Source: an uncultured delta proteobacterium
Lineage (GTDB): Bacteria; Desulfobacterota; WTBG01; CAIYCZ01
Length of the DNA stretch: 64,000 nt
Direction of reading: 5' to 3'
Assembly: GCA_963803975.1 (NCBI GenBank)
Contig: CAWDOY010000053.1
Coordinates: forward strand, 32,001 to 96,000
Made by a program: the position numbers and the translations under genes. Below are positions 44,247 through 54,649 of this stretch, piece after piece. Every line of letters begins with the position of its first letter. Within the stretch, counting starts at the first letter, position 1. A model generated the notes under the pieces. The model did no database searches. It saw only the letters and a list, made by a program, of their open reading frames with translations, and was not told the origin of the DNA.

Positions 44247-44823
44247 TCAGGCGTCCGGCATTTTCTTGTGAAACTGATTCATTGCGCCTCAGGTCCTTCA
44301 ATTAAAACGGCTTTTTAAACACTGTCCTGCCCGAACTAATTATTTCATCTAAATTCTTTTCCTCTTCCTCAGAAAAGGACTGCAATACAAATGCAGTTTC
44401 ATCTGCTCCACGTGGCGGCCTGCCTATGCCGATTCTGATGCGCACAAAATAATTTTCTTTTAGACAGTCAATTATGGATTCTATCCCCCGATGACCGCCG
44501 CTGCCACCTTTGCTTTTGATTTTGACCTGACCGAATTTCAGATCAAGATCATCATGAATAATAATTATATTTGACGGCGCTATCCGGAAGTCATGAGCAA
44601 GGGCTGTTATTGCTTCACCGCTCAGGTTCATAAAGGTTGCAGGTTTTGCCAGAACTACCGGGATGTCCCAAAGAGTCCCCTGCCCAATTAAGGCCTGCGC
44701 TGTTTGCTGTTTTAAGGGAATCTTATTCTGGTGAGCGATGTAATCGAGAACGCGGTAGCCAAGATTATGGCGAGTTACTTGATATACTGCCCCTGGATTC
44801 CCCAATCCCCCTATCAGTTTCAC
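44247..44823 (-). CDS. pth: Peptidyl-tRNA hydrolase (C-terminal frameshifts)
   Basis: GLGNPG..Y..TRHNLG, KPATFMNLSG, HDDLDL, GGHRG; AMNQF tail in a shifted frame. Confidence 0.95.
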
Positions 44824-44849
44824 ATACTGTTCCCTGTTTCATTGACTGG

Positions 44850-45539
44850 CTAAGCTGATTTTTTCTTTTCCCCTGATTTTATCTCTTCCCCGGGTTTTTT
44901 CTCTACTTCAGGCGCGGGTGTTGGTACACCCTCTTCTGCTACCGGCACTTCCTCTTTTACTACTGTTGGAGCAATAACGCCCACCACCGGGGCGGAAAGA
45001 TCCTCATGAATTTCAAGATGTGCAGAAATATTGATATCAGAGATGTGCAGGGACTGACCAATGTCCAGACCGGATACATCAACGTCAAAAGCCTGTGGAA
45101 TGTCAGAGGGGAAGCACTTGATTTTAATTTCGCGCAGCATCTGCTGCAATATTCCGCCCATTTTCACCCCGGGGGCTTTTCCCGTAACATTGACGCGCAC
45201 CGGGACGATTATTTTTTCATCCATCCTGACTGCATATAAGTCAATATGCAGTATCTTGTGGGTAATGGGATCGCGCTGAATTTCTTTTATCATGATATCC
45301 TTGGCCGGGATATCACTGCGATCCTCTATTGATAGCTTATGCAGAGCATGCTCCCCGGCGCTATGCCCGACGGGTTTCAATATGGTAGAGAGTTCGGCAG
45401 CGCTTATGGTGAGCGTAACCGGCGGGAAATTGTGCCCATAGAGCACAGCCGGGATCAAGCCTTGATCGCGCAAACGGAACGCTGCATTTTTACCTTTGTT
45501 GTTACGGCTCTGTGCCTTTATTACAGTGGTATCATTCAT
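44850..45539 (-). CDS. rplY: 50S ribosomal protein L25/Ctc
   Basis: RLRDQGLIPAVLYG, KEIQRDP, GVKMGGIL. Confidence 0.95.
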   Translation of the reverse strand: MNDTTVIKAQSRNNKGKNAAFRLRDQGLIPAVLYGHNFPPVTLTISAAELSTILKPVGHSAGEHALHKLSIEDRSDIPAKDIMIKEIQRDPITHKILHIDLYAVRMDEKIIVPVRVNVTGKAPGVKMGGILQQMLREIKIKCFPSDIPQAFDVDVSGLDIGQSLHISDINISAHLEIHEDLSAPVVGVIAPTVVKEEVPVAEEGVPTPAPEVEKKPGEEIKSGEKKKSA

Positions 45540-45598
45540 ACGTGCTCCCAACAACTATTAGGGTGAATTAATTTTGGTACAGCCAAAAATCCTCTGTT

Positions 45599-46537
45599 TT
45601 AGATAAAAAGTGAGCTTACAGAATCATTGTCATGTATTCTTTTTATTGCCTCAGCTAACAGATTGCCAACTGAGATGACTTTAATCTTATTGGTATATTG
45701 GGTCTTGTTACAAAGGGGAATGGTATCGGTGACCACCAGTTCTTTCAGAGAGCATTTATTAATCTTTTCAATGGAAGATCCGGACAGAACCGGATGAATG
45801 CAGCATGCTGATACACTCTTTGCACCGCGTTCAGCAAGTGCATCCGCTGCCTGGGTGAGTGTTCCCGCCGTATCCACCATATCGTCCATAATAAGGGTAG
45901 TTTTATTTACTATGTCGCCAATAACATTCATAACCTGAGACTCATTGGGACGATCACGACGTTTATCTATGATCGCCAGGGAAGCTCCCAAGCGTTTAGC
46001 GATAGCACGGGCCCGCTCCACCCCTCCGGCATCAGGAGACACGATTACCAGGTCATCCTGGTACTGTTCACGAAGGTACTCAATCAGCACGGGTGTAGCA
46101 AACAGGTTATCCACGGGAATATTAAAAAAACCCTGAATTTGCCCTGCATGCAGATCTATCGTCAGCACTCTGTCGGCACCAGCAGCGGTGAGCAGATCAG
46201 CAATCAGTTTTGCAGATATGGGCACACGGGGAGCGACTTTTCTATCCTGTCTGGCATAACCATAATAGGGAATAGTTGCAGTAATTCTCTCCGCCGAAGC
46301 TCTTTTCATGGCGTCAATCATTATCAGGAGTTCCATGAGGTGATCGTTAACCGGGACACACATGGACTGGATGATAAAGACATCCGTACCCCGGACATTC
46401 TCCTGGATCTCTACCATTATTTCACCATCACTGAACGTGCCTACCTTGGCTTTGCCTAATGATGTATTGAAGCAGCGACACATCTCTTCAGCCAGGGGTA
46501 AATTGGAATTTCCCGCAAATATTTTCAAATTAGTCAA
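45599..46537 (-). CDS. prs: Ribose-phosphate pyrophosphokinase
   Basis: [47 protein letters not shown]. Confidence 0.98.
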   Translation of the reverse strand: MTNLKIFAGNSNLPLAEEMCRCFNTSLGKAKVGTFSDGEIMVEIQENVRGTDVFIIQSMCVPVNDHLMELLIMIDAMKRASAERITATIPYYGYARQDRKVAPRVPISAKLIADLLTAAGADRVLTIDLHAGQIQGFFNIPVDNLFATPVLIEYLREQYQDDLVIVSPDAGGVERARAIAKRLGASLAIIDKRRDRPNESQVMNVIGDIVNKTTLIMDDMVDTAGTLTQAADALAERGAKSVSACCIHPVLSGSSIEKINKCSLKELVVTDTIPLCNKTQYTNKIKVISVGNLLAEAIKRIHDNDSVSSLFI

Positions 46538-46599
46538 TGACGGCGCCTTTCCTGATATAGGGTTTTATATTGCTGATGTGGATTGCGCAGCACGAGCTC

Positions 46600-47478
46600 C
46601 TAAGAGAGCGGTGCAATCACGTGCTCATCTACTGCACTCTGGACAATAAAAACCCTTTGATGGGGGGAGAGAGCTAATTTTGAAAGAGCTTTCTGAGCCC
46701 GTTTCTCGTCCGGGAATATCCCGAATACCGATGAACCGCTCCCGCTCATTAGTGAGCCATAAGCCCCTGCTTTTATGAGGCCATTCTTGATTTTTTGAAT
46801 TTCAGGATATTGTTCTGTCACCACCTGCTCCAGATCATTAAACAGAATGGGCAGCACCTGGTGGATATCCCTAAATGAATTAAGAAGCTTAATATGTTTT
46901 GCCTTATTTGTCAATATTTTATAATTCCGGTATGCCCATGCGGTAGCAACACTAAAACCCGGATAGAGCACTATAAACCAAAGAGGTCTTGCGAGGGTAA
47001 CCGGGCTGAGACGCTCCCCGATGCCGCCGGCCCTGGCAGTGTTTTTAGAGTAAACAAAAAAAGGAACGTCCGCACCGAGCGCAACGCCCAGTTTTCTCAA
47101 CGAGCTGTTGGTCAGGTTACACCCCAGAAGTTTGTTTAACCCTTTAAGCACTGCGGCAGCATTGCTGCTACCTCCTCCTAACCCTGCCCCGACCGGTATC
47201 TTTTTTCTGATGTGAATTGAAACGCCGGTTGAGATGCGCGCGCTCTGTAAGAGGGCATGGGCCGCCTGATATGCAAGATTTCTTGCATCGCAGGGGATTG
47301 TCGGGTCATCGATAGTAACTGCTATGCCCGGTTGAGAAGATAGTCTCAGCTCTATTTCATCATACAGGCTGATTTTATGCAGGATAGTCTGAAGCTCATG
47401 GTATCCATCAGCTCTTTTTCTCAGGATTCTAAGAGTTAAATTTATTTTTGCAGGTGAGCGAATAGTTAATTCATCCAA
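46600..47478 (-). CDS. ispE: 4-diphosphocytidyl-2C-methyl-D-erythritol kinase
   Basis: PAKINL.L, KKIPVGAGLGGGSSNAA, LGADVPFF, MSGSGS. Confidence 0.96.
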   Translation of the reverse strand: MDELTIRSPAKINLTLRILRKRADGYHELQTILHKISLYDEIELRLSSQPGIAVTIDDPTIPCDARNLAYQAAHALLQSARISTGVSIHIRKKIPVGAGLGGGSSNAAAVLKGLNKLLGCNLTNSSLRKLGVALGADVPFFVYSKNTARAGGIGERLSPVTLARPLWFIVLYPGFSVATAWAYRNYKILTNKAKHIKLLNSFRDIHQVLPILFNDLEQVVTEQYPEIQKIKNGLIKAGAYGSLMSGSGSSVFGIFPDEKRAQKALSKLALSPHQRVFIVQSAVDEHVIAPLS

Positions 47479-47487
47479 CGGGTGTTC

Positions 47488-47910
47488 CTATGGTGCAATT
47501 CTGTCTTTTTCGGTTTCCCTGACATAGCGCATTCTGAGATCATAGAGCAAATTGCTGAGCAGCGCTTCTTCCTCCTTGGCCAGATTTCCGGCAGTCTTTT
47601 CCTTGAGCATGCCGAGAATGTCAATAGTCTGTTTTGCCATTATGAGGTTGCGCTGCATTTTGTTGGTTATCGGGTCAGGGATTTCTCCGAAATGATAAAG
47701 GGCTGAAGAACTGAGTGAGAGAACAAACGATGCAAAATTAATTTCGGGAGGCAGGGTTTTCTGCATGTTTGACGCTGGTTCTGCAGCTGTTTTGGTATCT
47801 TCGGTGGCGGTGTTGTTAGTTTCGCTTGGAGCAGACTGGACAGGGTTACCGTGCTCATCAAAACTTCGTTTATCCTTGATCGTGAAACCGGAATCCTTTT
47901 CTTCTGTCAT
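47488..47910 (-). CDS. DUF1844 family protein
   Basis: FTIKDKR, INFASFVLSL, AKQTIDILGMLKEKTAGNL..EE. Confidence 0.88.
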   Translation of the reverse strand: MTEEKDSGFTIKDKRSFDEHGNPVQSAPSETNNTATEDTKTAAEPASNMQKTLPPEINFASFVLSLSSSALYHFGEIPDPITNKMQRNLIMAKQTIDILGMLKEKTAGNLAKEEEALLSNLLYDLRMRYVRETEKDRIAP

Positions 47911-48153
47911 ATATACCTCCTGTATGCACTGAGCGTATTATACATTAAAGGGAACGTGCTGAACGGTTCTGCACACCTGCATAGATGCTTGCTATACGAT
48001 ACATGAGCAAAGAAGAACGCACACACTATCCCGGTGCTGCCGCCGCACCACTGACCGATCAGGATGCTGCGTGCCGGTTAATATACCGTGAGCAGCAGCT
48101 CTGTTTTCAGCTGATTACCCGGATGCTGATAGCTCCTTGTAGCGCGGAGCAAC

Positions 48154-48738
48154 CTAAGGTAACTTTTGGGTTTCTTTCCAAGTATAATAAATTCTGTGGA
48201 AAACGGTTAGATGAGTAAAAAGGGCCATAAGCCACATGATGATTTCCATGCTGTTAAAAAAGGTGCCGGCGGCAAGGAGCAGAATCCGTTCTGCCCGCTC
48301 CATGAGGCCCACCTTGCACTCCGGAATCAGCGCCTCAGCCTTTGCCCGTGTGTAGGGAATGAGCACTGTACCGAGTGATGCAATAGAGCACAGGCTCACC
48401 ATAAATATTTTCCCCTGCAGTGCATAAAAGATAATCAGTGCTATAAGCAGCGACATGTCTGAATAGCGGTCAATGACAGAATCAATAAAGCCCCCGAAGT
48501 GAGAGGTTTTGCGCTGGGTGCGGGCTGTGGCTCCGTCAAGCATATCAAAGAATCCTGCGACTAAAATAAGCAGGGCAGCACTTTTCCAGTATCCGGCAAT
48601 AATCGCCGCTGCAGCAATCAGATTGACCAGCAAGCCGATGAGCGTGAGAGCTGTGGGGTGCACCCGCTCAAGAACCGTATTTTTTATCAGCCAGGAAAGA
48701 GGCCGATCTAATTCATGTCCCAAGATTGCACTGATCAT
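48154..48738 (-). CDS. CDP-alcohol phosphatidyltransferase
   Basis: DMLDGATAR...GGFIDSVIDRYSD; YTRAKAE, GLMERAER. Confidence 0.92.
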   Translation of the reverse strand: MISAILGHELDRPLSWLIKNTVLERVHPTALTLIGLLVNLIAAAAIIAGYWKSAALLILVAGFFDMLDGATARTQRKTSHFGGFIDSVIDRYSDMSLLIALIIFYALQGKIFMVSLCSIASLGTVLIPYTRAKAEALIPECKVGLMERAERILLLAAGTFFNSMEIIMWLMALFTHLTVFHRIYYTWKETQKLP

Positions 48739-48790
48739 TGATGAAATAACGAAGCCGGTTTCAGAATAGGGTTAATCTTTCCCATAAAAA

Positions 48791-48825
48791 CAGGGGAAGA
48801 GAACTGTTTAGAACTCTTCCCCTTT
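48791..48825 (-). terminator. Terminator downstream of dnaK
   Basis: AGGGGAAGAG...CTCTTCCCCT stem followed by gttttt on the - strand. Confidence 0.65.
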
Positions 48826-48871
48826 GTAGTGGCTTTCACGAATTTGTCAAGCAGAAAAATATTCCTGACAG

Positions 48872-50773
48872 CTACTTTTTAGTTTCTTCAAATTCAGCAT
48901 CCACGACATCTTCCTGTCCGCCTGCCTTGGCTCCACTGCCTGGAGGAGGCGGCGGCGGTGATTGAGAACCTTCTGAAGCTTTCTGATAGATAATTTCTGC
49001 GAGTTTATGCGATGCCTTGTTCAGGGCTTCCATCTTCTCCTTTATCTGGGAGGTGTTGCCAGAATCCATTGCTTCCCGCGTTTCTTTGATGGCATCCTCA
49101 ATGTTTTTAATGTCCGGCTCAGAAAGTTTCGCCTTGTTTTCACTGAGTATTTTTTCCGTATTGTAAGCCAGAGAATCTGCCTGGTTTCGTATTTCAATCT
49201 CTTCCCGTCTTTGCTTATCCTCTTCAGCATGCGCTTCAGCTTCTTTTACCATCTTATCAATGTCATCTCTGTTTAACCCGCTTGAAGCAGTAATGGTTAT
49301 CTTCTGTTCCTTTCCGGTACCCAGGTCTTTTGCCGAAACATTGACAATGCCGTTTGCATCAATATCAAAGGTGACTTCAACCTGCGGCACGCCGCGAGGG
49401 GCAGCGGGCATGCCGACCAGCTGAAATTTGCCCAGAGTCCGGTTATCACGTGCCATGTCCCGTTCGCCCTGCAGCACATGTATCTCTACGCTGGTCTGAT
49501 TGTCTGCAGCAGTGGTGAAGATTTCGCTTTTACGGGTTGGAATGGTTGTGTTGCGCTCAATGAGCCGTGTGGTCACGCCGCCCAGCGTTTCAATGCCCAG
49601 CGACAGGGGTGTCACATCAAGCAGCAGTACATTTTTCACCTCTCCGGAAAGAACGCCAGCCTGAACAGCTGCGCCCAGCCCCACCACCTCATCGGGATTA
49701 ACTCCCTTGTGGGGCTCTTTCCCGAACAGGGTTTTTACCAGTTCCTGCACTTTTGGTATTCTGGTGGAGCCTCCGACCAGAATCGCTTCATCAATATTAT
49801 TGGCAGTAAATCCCGCATCTTTGAGAGCCTGTATACAGGGTCCTTTGGATCTTTCAATAATATCATCCATCATCTGTTCTAACTTGGACCGGGAGAGCTT
49901 CATGTTCAGGTGTTTGGGTCCTGACGCATCAGCAGTCACGAAAGGCAGGTTAATCTCGGTCTCAAGCGTTGATGAAAGCTCAATTTTTGCTTTTTCTGCC
50001 GCTTCCTTCAGCCTCTGGAGCGCCATCTTGTCCTTGCTTAAATCAATACCCTGATCTTTCCTGAATTCTGCAATCAGCCAGTCTATAATCCGCTGATCAA
50101 TATTATCCCCGCCCAGATGGGTATCGCCGTTGGTCGCCTTTACCTCAATAACATTGTCGCCCACCTCAAGAATTGAGATATCAAAGGTGCCGCCACCGAA
50201 GTCATACACGGCAATGGTCTCATCCTTTTTCTTATCCAGTCCGTATGCAAGCGCTGATGCCGTCGGCTCATTGATAATACGATGGACATTCAACCCGGCG
50301 ATTTTGCCGGCATCCTTGGTGGCCTGACGCTGGCTGTCATTAAAATAAGCAGGAACGGTTACGACCGCATCCGGTACTTCAGTGCCAAGATATGCTTCAG
50401 CCGCTTTTTTCAATTTTTGTAAAATCTTTGCCGATATTTCCGGGGGTGTATACAATTTGCCCTGGATCTCAACCCGTGCATCACCATTTGGTCCCTTCAC
50501 TACTTTATACGGAACCATTTTCATCTCTTCATTAACTTCCTCATACCTGCGCCCCATAAACCGTTTTATGGAATAGATGGTATTTTCCGGATTCGTTATT
50601 GCCTGCCGCTTGGCCACCTGTCCGACCAGTATTTCCCCGTCTTTGGTAAATGCTACTACAGACGGTGTCAGGCGGCTTCCCTCCTCATTAATTATCACTG
50701 TCGGCTCTCCGCCTTCCATAACAGCCACCACCGAATTTGTAGTGCCAAGATCAATCCCAATCGCTTTTGCCAT
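48872..50773 (-). CDS. dnaK: Chaperone DnaK
   Basis: [34 protein letters not shown]-terminal DVVDAEFEE. Confidence 0.98.
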   Translation of the reverse strand: MAKAIGIDLGTTNSVVAVMEGGEPTVIINEEGSRLTPSVVAFTKDGEILVGQVAKRQAITNPENTIYSIKRFMGRRYEEVNEEMKMVPYKVVKGPNGDARVEIQGKLYTPPEISAKILQKLKKAAEAYLGTEVPDAVVTVPAYFNDSQRQATKDAGKIAGLNVHRIINEPTASALAYGLDKKKDETIAVYDFGGGTFDISILEVGDNVIEVKATNGDTHLGGDNIDQRIIDWLIAEFRKDQGIDLSKDKMALQRLKEAAEKAKIELSSTLETEINLPFVTADASGPKHLNMKLSRSKLEQMMDDIIERSKGPCIQALKDAGFTANNIDEAILVGGSTRIPKVQELVKTLFGKEPHKGVNPDEVVGLGAAVQAGVLSGEVKNVLLLDVTPLSLGIETLGGVTTRLIERNTTIPTRKSEIFTTAADNQTSVEIHVLQGERDMARDNRTLGKFQLVGMPAAPRGVPQVEVTFDIDANGIVNVSAKDLGTGKEQKITITASSGLNRDDIDKMVKEAEAHAEEDKQRREEIEIRNQADSLAYNTEKILSENKAKLSEPDIKNIEDAIKETREAMDSGNTSQIKEKMEALNKASHKLAEIIYQKASEGSQSPPPPPPGSGAKAGGQEDVVDAEFEETKK

Positions 50774-50967
50774 GTTCTACCTCCTTGTTCTTCAGTACCT
50801 GTATTATTGTTAAATTATAATTAAAAATATTTAATCCAGTGTTTCACATATTCAGTTATATTTATTTCTGAGTAAATATAATAATCATCCGGCGGGAAGT
50901 CAATGGCCGTGGAGATATTTTTGCGTTTTAATGTGCTCGTGCTGTCAGGGAAGGAATATCGTAACGA

Positions 50968-52312
50968 CTAAACTTCACTTTCTCTGGATGTATAATTTTC
51001 AAACCGGGTGTAGCGGTCTATAAAGGCCAGGCGAATTTCTCCGGTGGGACCGTTACGCTGCTTGCCAATAATGATTTCGGCAGAGCCCTTGTCTTGCGAA
51101 TCAGGGTTATAAACCTCATCCCGGTAGAGAAACAGAATCACATCTGCATCCTGTTCAATGGCTCCGGACTCCCGCAGGTCAGCAAGCTGGGGCTTCTTTA
51201 CTGCCCGGTCTTCAACTCGTCGGTTGAGCTGGGATAGTGCTATGACCGGAAGCTTAAGCTCCTTTGCCAGCGCTTTGAGGGAACGTGAGATATCAGATAT
51301 TTCCTGCTCCCGGCTGTCAATAGTGCTGCGCCCCCTCATAAGTTGCAGATAGTCTACTATCACCATACCCAGACCATGCTCTGACTTGAGCCTCCGGGCC
51401 TTAGCCCGCATTTCAAGCACTCCCATCCCGGGTGTATCGTCGATAAAAATTTTTGTCTCCGAGAGTCTCCCTGCTCCCCGGGTAAGCTTTGGCCAGTCGG
51501 ATTCAGTTAAAAAACCGCTTCTCATTTTGTGTGCATCGACCCGTGCTTCTGAGCAGAGCATGCGCAGGGCAAGCTGCTCTTTTGACATTTCCAGGGAAAA
51601 GATAACGATGGGAATTTTTGACTCATAAGCGGCATTTTGCGCGATATTTAAGCAAAAGGCCGTTTTTCCCATGCTGGGCCTGCCGGCTATGATTATAAGG
51701 TCTGAAGGCTGGAAACCTGATGTGATCTGGTCAAGCTCGGTGAATCCGGTTGCTACACCGGTAATAAGCTCTTTTTTATTATAAAGTTTTTCAATGGTTT
51801 TAAAGCTTGCTTTTAGTATTTCCTTGAGCGGATAGACAGAAGACTTAATTTGATCTTCGGAGATATCAAAGATGCTTTTTTCGGCAAAGTCCAGCAACTC
51901 GCCAACTTCGTCCTGATTCGAGTAGCCGCGGGTTGCTATTTCGGTTGCACAATAGATGAGGCGCCGGAGAACCGCCTTTTCTTTGACTATTTTTGCATAG
52001 TATTCGATGTTTGCCGCGGTTGGGATCTGGTCACACAGGGTGGTCAGATAGGAAGCGCCGCCGACCTCCTCCAGTTTATTTTTGTTGCGCAGGTGCTCGG
52101 TGAGGGTAATCAAGGTCGGCTGGCTCATTTTTTTCAAAGAGCTCAATCATGGACTGAAAAATGAGCCGATGGGATTCACGGTAAAAATCTTCCGGGTGTA
52201 TGATCTCAATCGACTTGAGGAGTGCCTCGTTTTCGATGAGAATGGCTCCGATTACTGATTGTTCGGCTTCATTATTTTGCGGAGGCAGTTTCGAGGTATG
52301 CTGGGGTGCCAT
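50968..52312 (-). CDS. dnaB: Replicative DNA helicase (frameshift in the homopolymer near 52130)
   Basis: PPQNNEAEQSVIG, GRPSMGKT, FSLEM, VDYLQL, LSQLNR, DLRESGAIEQDAD, KQRNGPTG. Confidence 0.97.
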
Positions 52313-52455
52313 GTTTATTTCAGGGAAAGAGCGGTGTGCAGAAGGTCAGGCTGCGTTTTTACTGTTTGTTTTATTTTTATATATAGTGTTTGGAGCCTGC
52401 ATCTGCTGGCAGCCGGGGTGCCAGAGGTCTGGTTTCTGCCGGTGGAAGTTGTTTA

Positions 52456-52899
52456 TTATTCCTTGACCACCCACAGTTTAAGCGCGGCTGTGACCTCAGT
52501 ATGCAGTTTTATAGGGATTTGGTAAATTCCCAGAGCTTTAATTGGTTCGGGAAGGATTATTCTCTTTCTATCAATTTCAATGCCTTCGAGCTTAAGGCTG
52601 GCTTCAATGTCCATGCTGGTTACAGAGCCGAACAGCTTGTCTTCCTCTCCGACTGCTTTCGCAACCGTGCAGGATACGGCTTCAATGCGGGCAGCCAGCT
52701 TTTCTGCTTCGCGTTTCGTCTTGCTGAGCTTTTCCCGTATCTGCCGCTTCTGGTGTTCCAGCTTTTTGATGTTCTGGGATGTTGCCTGGATTCCCTTTCC
52801 CTCGGGGATGAGATAGTTTCTGCCGAAGCCGTCTTTAACGGTTACGAGATCGCCGATGTTTCCAATCCCTGCAATATCTTGCGTGAGAATGACTTTCAT
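52456..52899 (-). CDS. rplI: 50S ribosomal protein L9
   Basis: MKVILTQD..G..GD.VTVKDGFGRNYLIP, KLFGSVT. Confidence 0.97.
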   Translation of the reverse strand: MKVILTQDIAGIGNIGDLVTVKDGFGRNYLIPEGKGIQATSQNIKKLEHQKRQIREKLSKTKREAEKLAARIEAVSCTVAKAVGEEDKLFGSVTSMDIEASLKLEGIEIDRKRIILPEPIKALGIYQIPIKLHTEVTAALKLWVVKE

Positions 52900-52953
52900 G
52901 CTGTTATTACCTGTTATGGTGGATGCTGTTTTTTTAGTTTTTATTAATGGCTG

Positions 52954-53202
52954 TTAGACACTGCTCGCAGAAAAAGGCAGAATACAAAGGACGCGAGCTT
53001 TTTTAATGGCCCTGGTTACTTTGCGCTGGTGCCTGGCGCAGGTGCCTGATATGCGCCGGGGAATAATCTTGCCGCGCTCGGTGACAAAATAGCGCAGGGC
53101 AGGGTAGTCCTTATGGGAGATCGGCACATTCTGATCAGAACAGAACCGGCATGTTTTACGTTTTTGATAAACATTTTTCTCTACGGGTATCGATTTTCTC
53201 AA
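52954..53202 (-). CDS. rpsR: 30S ribosomal protein S18 (Zn-binding form)
   Basis: TTG start after [31 protein letters not shown]. Confidence 0.95.
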   Translation of the reverse strand: MRKSIPVEKNVYQKRKTCRFCSDQNVPISHKDYPALRYFVTERGKIIPRRISGTCARHQRKVTRAIKKARVLCILPFSASSV

Positions 53203-53280
53203 AGGTACCTCCTCACCTGTACACGCCCCAGGGTGACCATACAACCGGTCCCTGAAGCAGTAGTGCTATAGTATATTTTA

Positions 53281-53664
53281 TTATTCCTCTGCTGGAGGGC
53301 TGTCCAGTTCCTGATCAACAGATTGAATTTTTTCTTCCGCTTTCTCCGCTGCCGTCCCCTCTCCTGCAAGGGCTGCGGCGCTGTCAACTTTCAGCGTCTG
53401 ATAGCGCAGGATGTTTTCATTGAAACGCAGGGCATGGTCAATGTCATTCAGAATCTGCTGATTGCCCATGAAGCAAAGAAAAAAGTAATTGCCCTTCTGC
53501 TGCTTTTTGATGGTATACTGAAGCTTCTTTTTCCCCCACTTTTCTGTTTTCAGCACGGTACCGCTGTGAGTTGTAACGTACTCTTGCAGTTTGCCGAGCA
53601 GCGCTTCACTATCATTTTCGCTCATTTCAGGATGCGCAATGACACAGGTTTCATAGCATCTCAA
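53281..53664 (-). CDS. rpsF: 30S ribosomal protein S6
   Basis: MRCYET, WGKKKLQYTIKK, NENILRY. Confidence 0.93.
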   Translation of the reverse strand: MRCYETCVIAHPEMSENDSEALLGKLQEYVTTHSGTVLKTEKWGKKKLQYTIKKQQKGNYFFLCFMGNQQILNDIDHALRFNENILRYQTLKVDSAAALAGEGTAAEKAEEKIQSVDQELDSPPAEE

Positions 53665-53698
53665 AGTGTGTTCCTCCAGATAGATAATACTAGTTACT

Positions 53699-54013
53699 TT
53701 AGGGGACTTGAATCTCTTTTATTTTAATTCTGGTGATGGGCTGCCGGTGGCCGGTTTTCTTCTGGTAGCCTTTCCTGCGCTTGGATTTGAAGATGATATT
53801 CTTTTTTGCTTTGGTCTGGCTGATTATTTCAGCAGTAACTTTTGCCTGGGCAAGCGTTGGATGTCCTACATCAACGGTTCCCTCGCTATTGACCATGAGG
53901 ATTTCCTCAAGCACTACGGTATCACCAGTGCTGCCTGCGAGCTTTTCAACGGTAAGCACATCTCCAGCAGCAACTTTATACTGTTTACCGCCGGTTTTGA
54001 CAATTGCATACAT
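53699..54013 (-). CDS. rplU: 50S ribosomal protein L21
   Basis: MYAIVKTGGKQYKV, KRRKGYQKKTGHRQ. Confidence 0.97.
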   Translation of the reverse strand: MYAIVKTGGKQYKVAAGDVLTVEKLAGSTGDTVVLEEILMVNSEGTVDVGHPTLAQAKVTAEIISQTKAKKNIIFKSKRRKGYQKKTGHRQPITRIKIKEIQVP

Positions 54014-54649
54014 AATCTGCTCCCTTGTAACATCTGTCCCCTGCGGTGATGAGGGGTTCTATAATGTCTTATTTTAAAAACAGATAAAATAGTTAAATTA
54101 TCATTATTTGTCAAGTGAATATTATCTATAGAATAAAAAAATCAATATGTCAAAGGTATCTATCCATATAACTTCAGCATTAAATAATGAACATCAGCGG
54201 CTTTTTGTGACACATCTTCGTACTGCCGCTCATTTCGCAAAGTTGTATGTAAGTCCAGCCAGCAGGTATGGACATAACTGCATGAATAGGCGTTTCATTA
54301 TTTTGGCGGCTGCTCCAGTATGAAGATCTTAGGGACGTGACTACTTACATTGCAATATAGCTCAGCTCTGCCAGTTTTACAATCGCCCACGTCAGGCTTG
54401 ATGTGGCTACACCAAGACACCGTGCAATCTCAGCCACTGAAAGCCCGATCTTTTCCGTGTCTCGTCATGCGATCTGGGCACGCAGGTAAGAAGCTTCCTT
54501 ATGACGGCTGATATGCCGCTTTCTCGCTTCGGAGCAGAATATGAACATGGTTGTCGGTGAGGCGGCAGTCTTAGCCGGAACATTTTGCGTCATGAACGTT
54601 TTGTCCAAGGCGTTCAAGGAACTGGGCTTATCGCATTTGTGTCGCGAAA

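Noticed and set aside
2607..52312. Frameshifts in glyQ, cusABC, copZ, copA, ompA, M48, sfrAB, pth and dnaB as pseudogenes or programmed frameshifting
   Set aside because: They hit essential genes, are often at homopolymers, and leave both sides intact without accumulated stops; this fits long-read indel errors. Polishing would confirm.
50968..52312. Intein in dnaB
   Set aside because: The joined length is about 448 codons, normal for DnaB, with no insertion.
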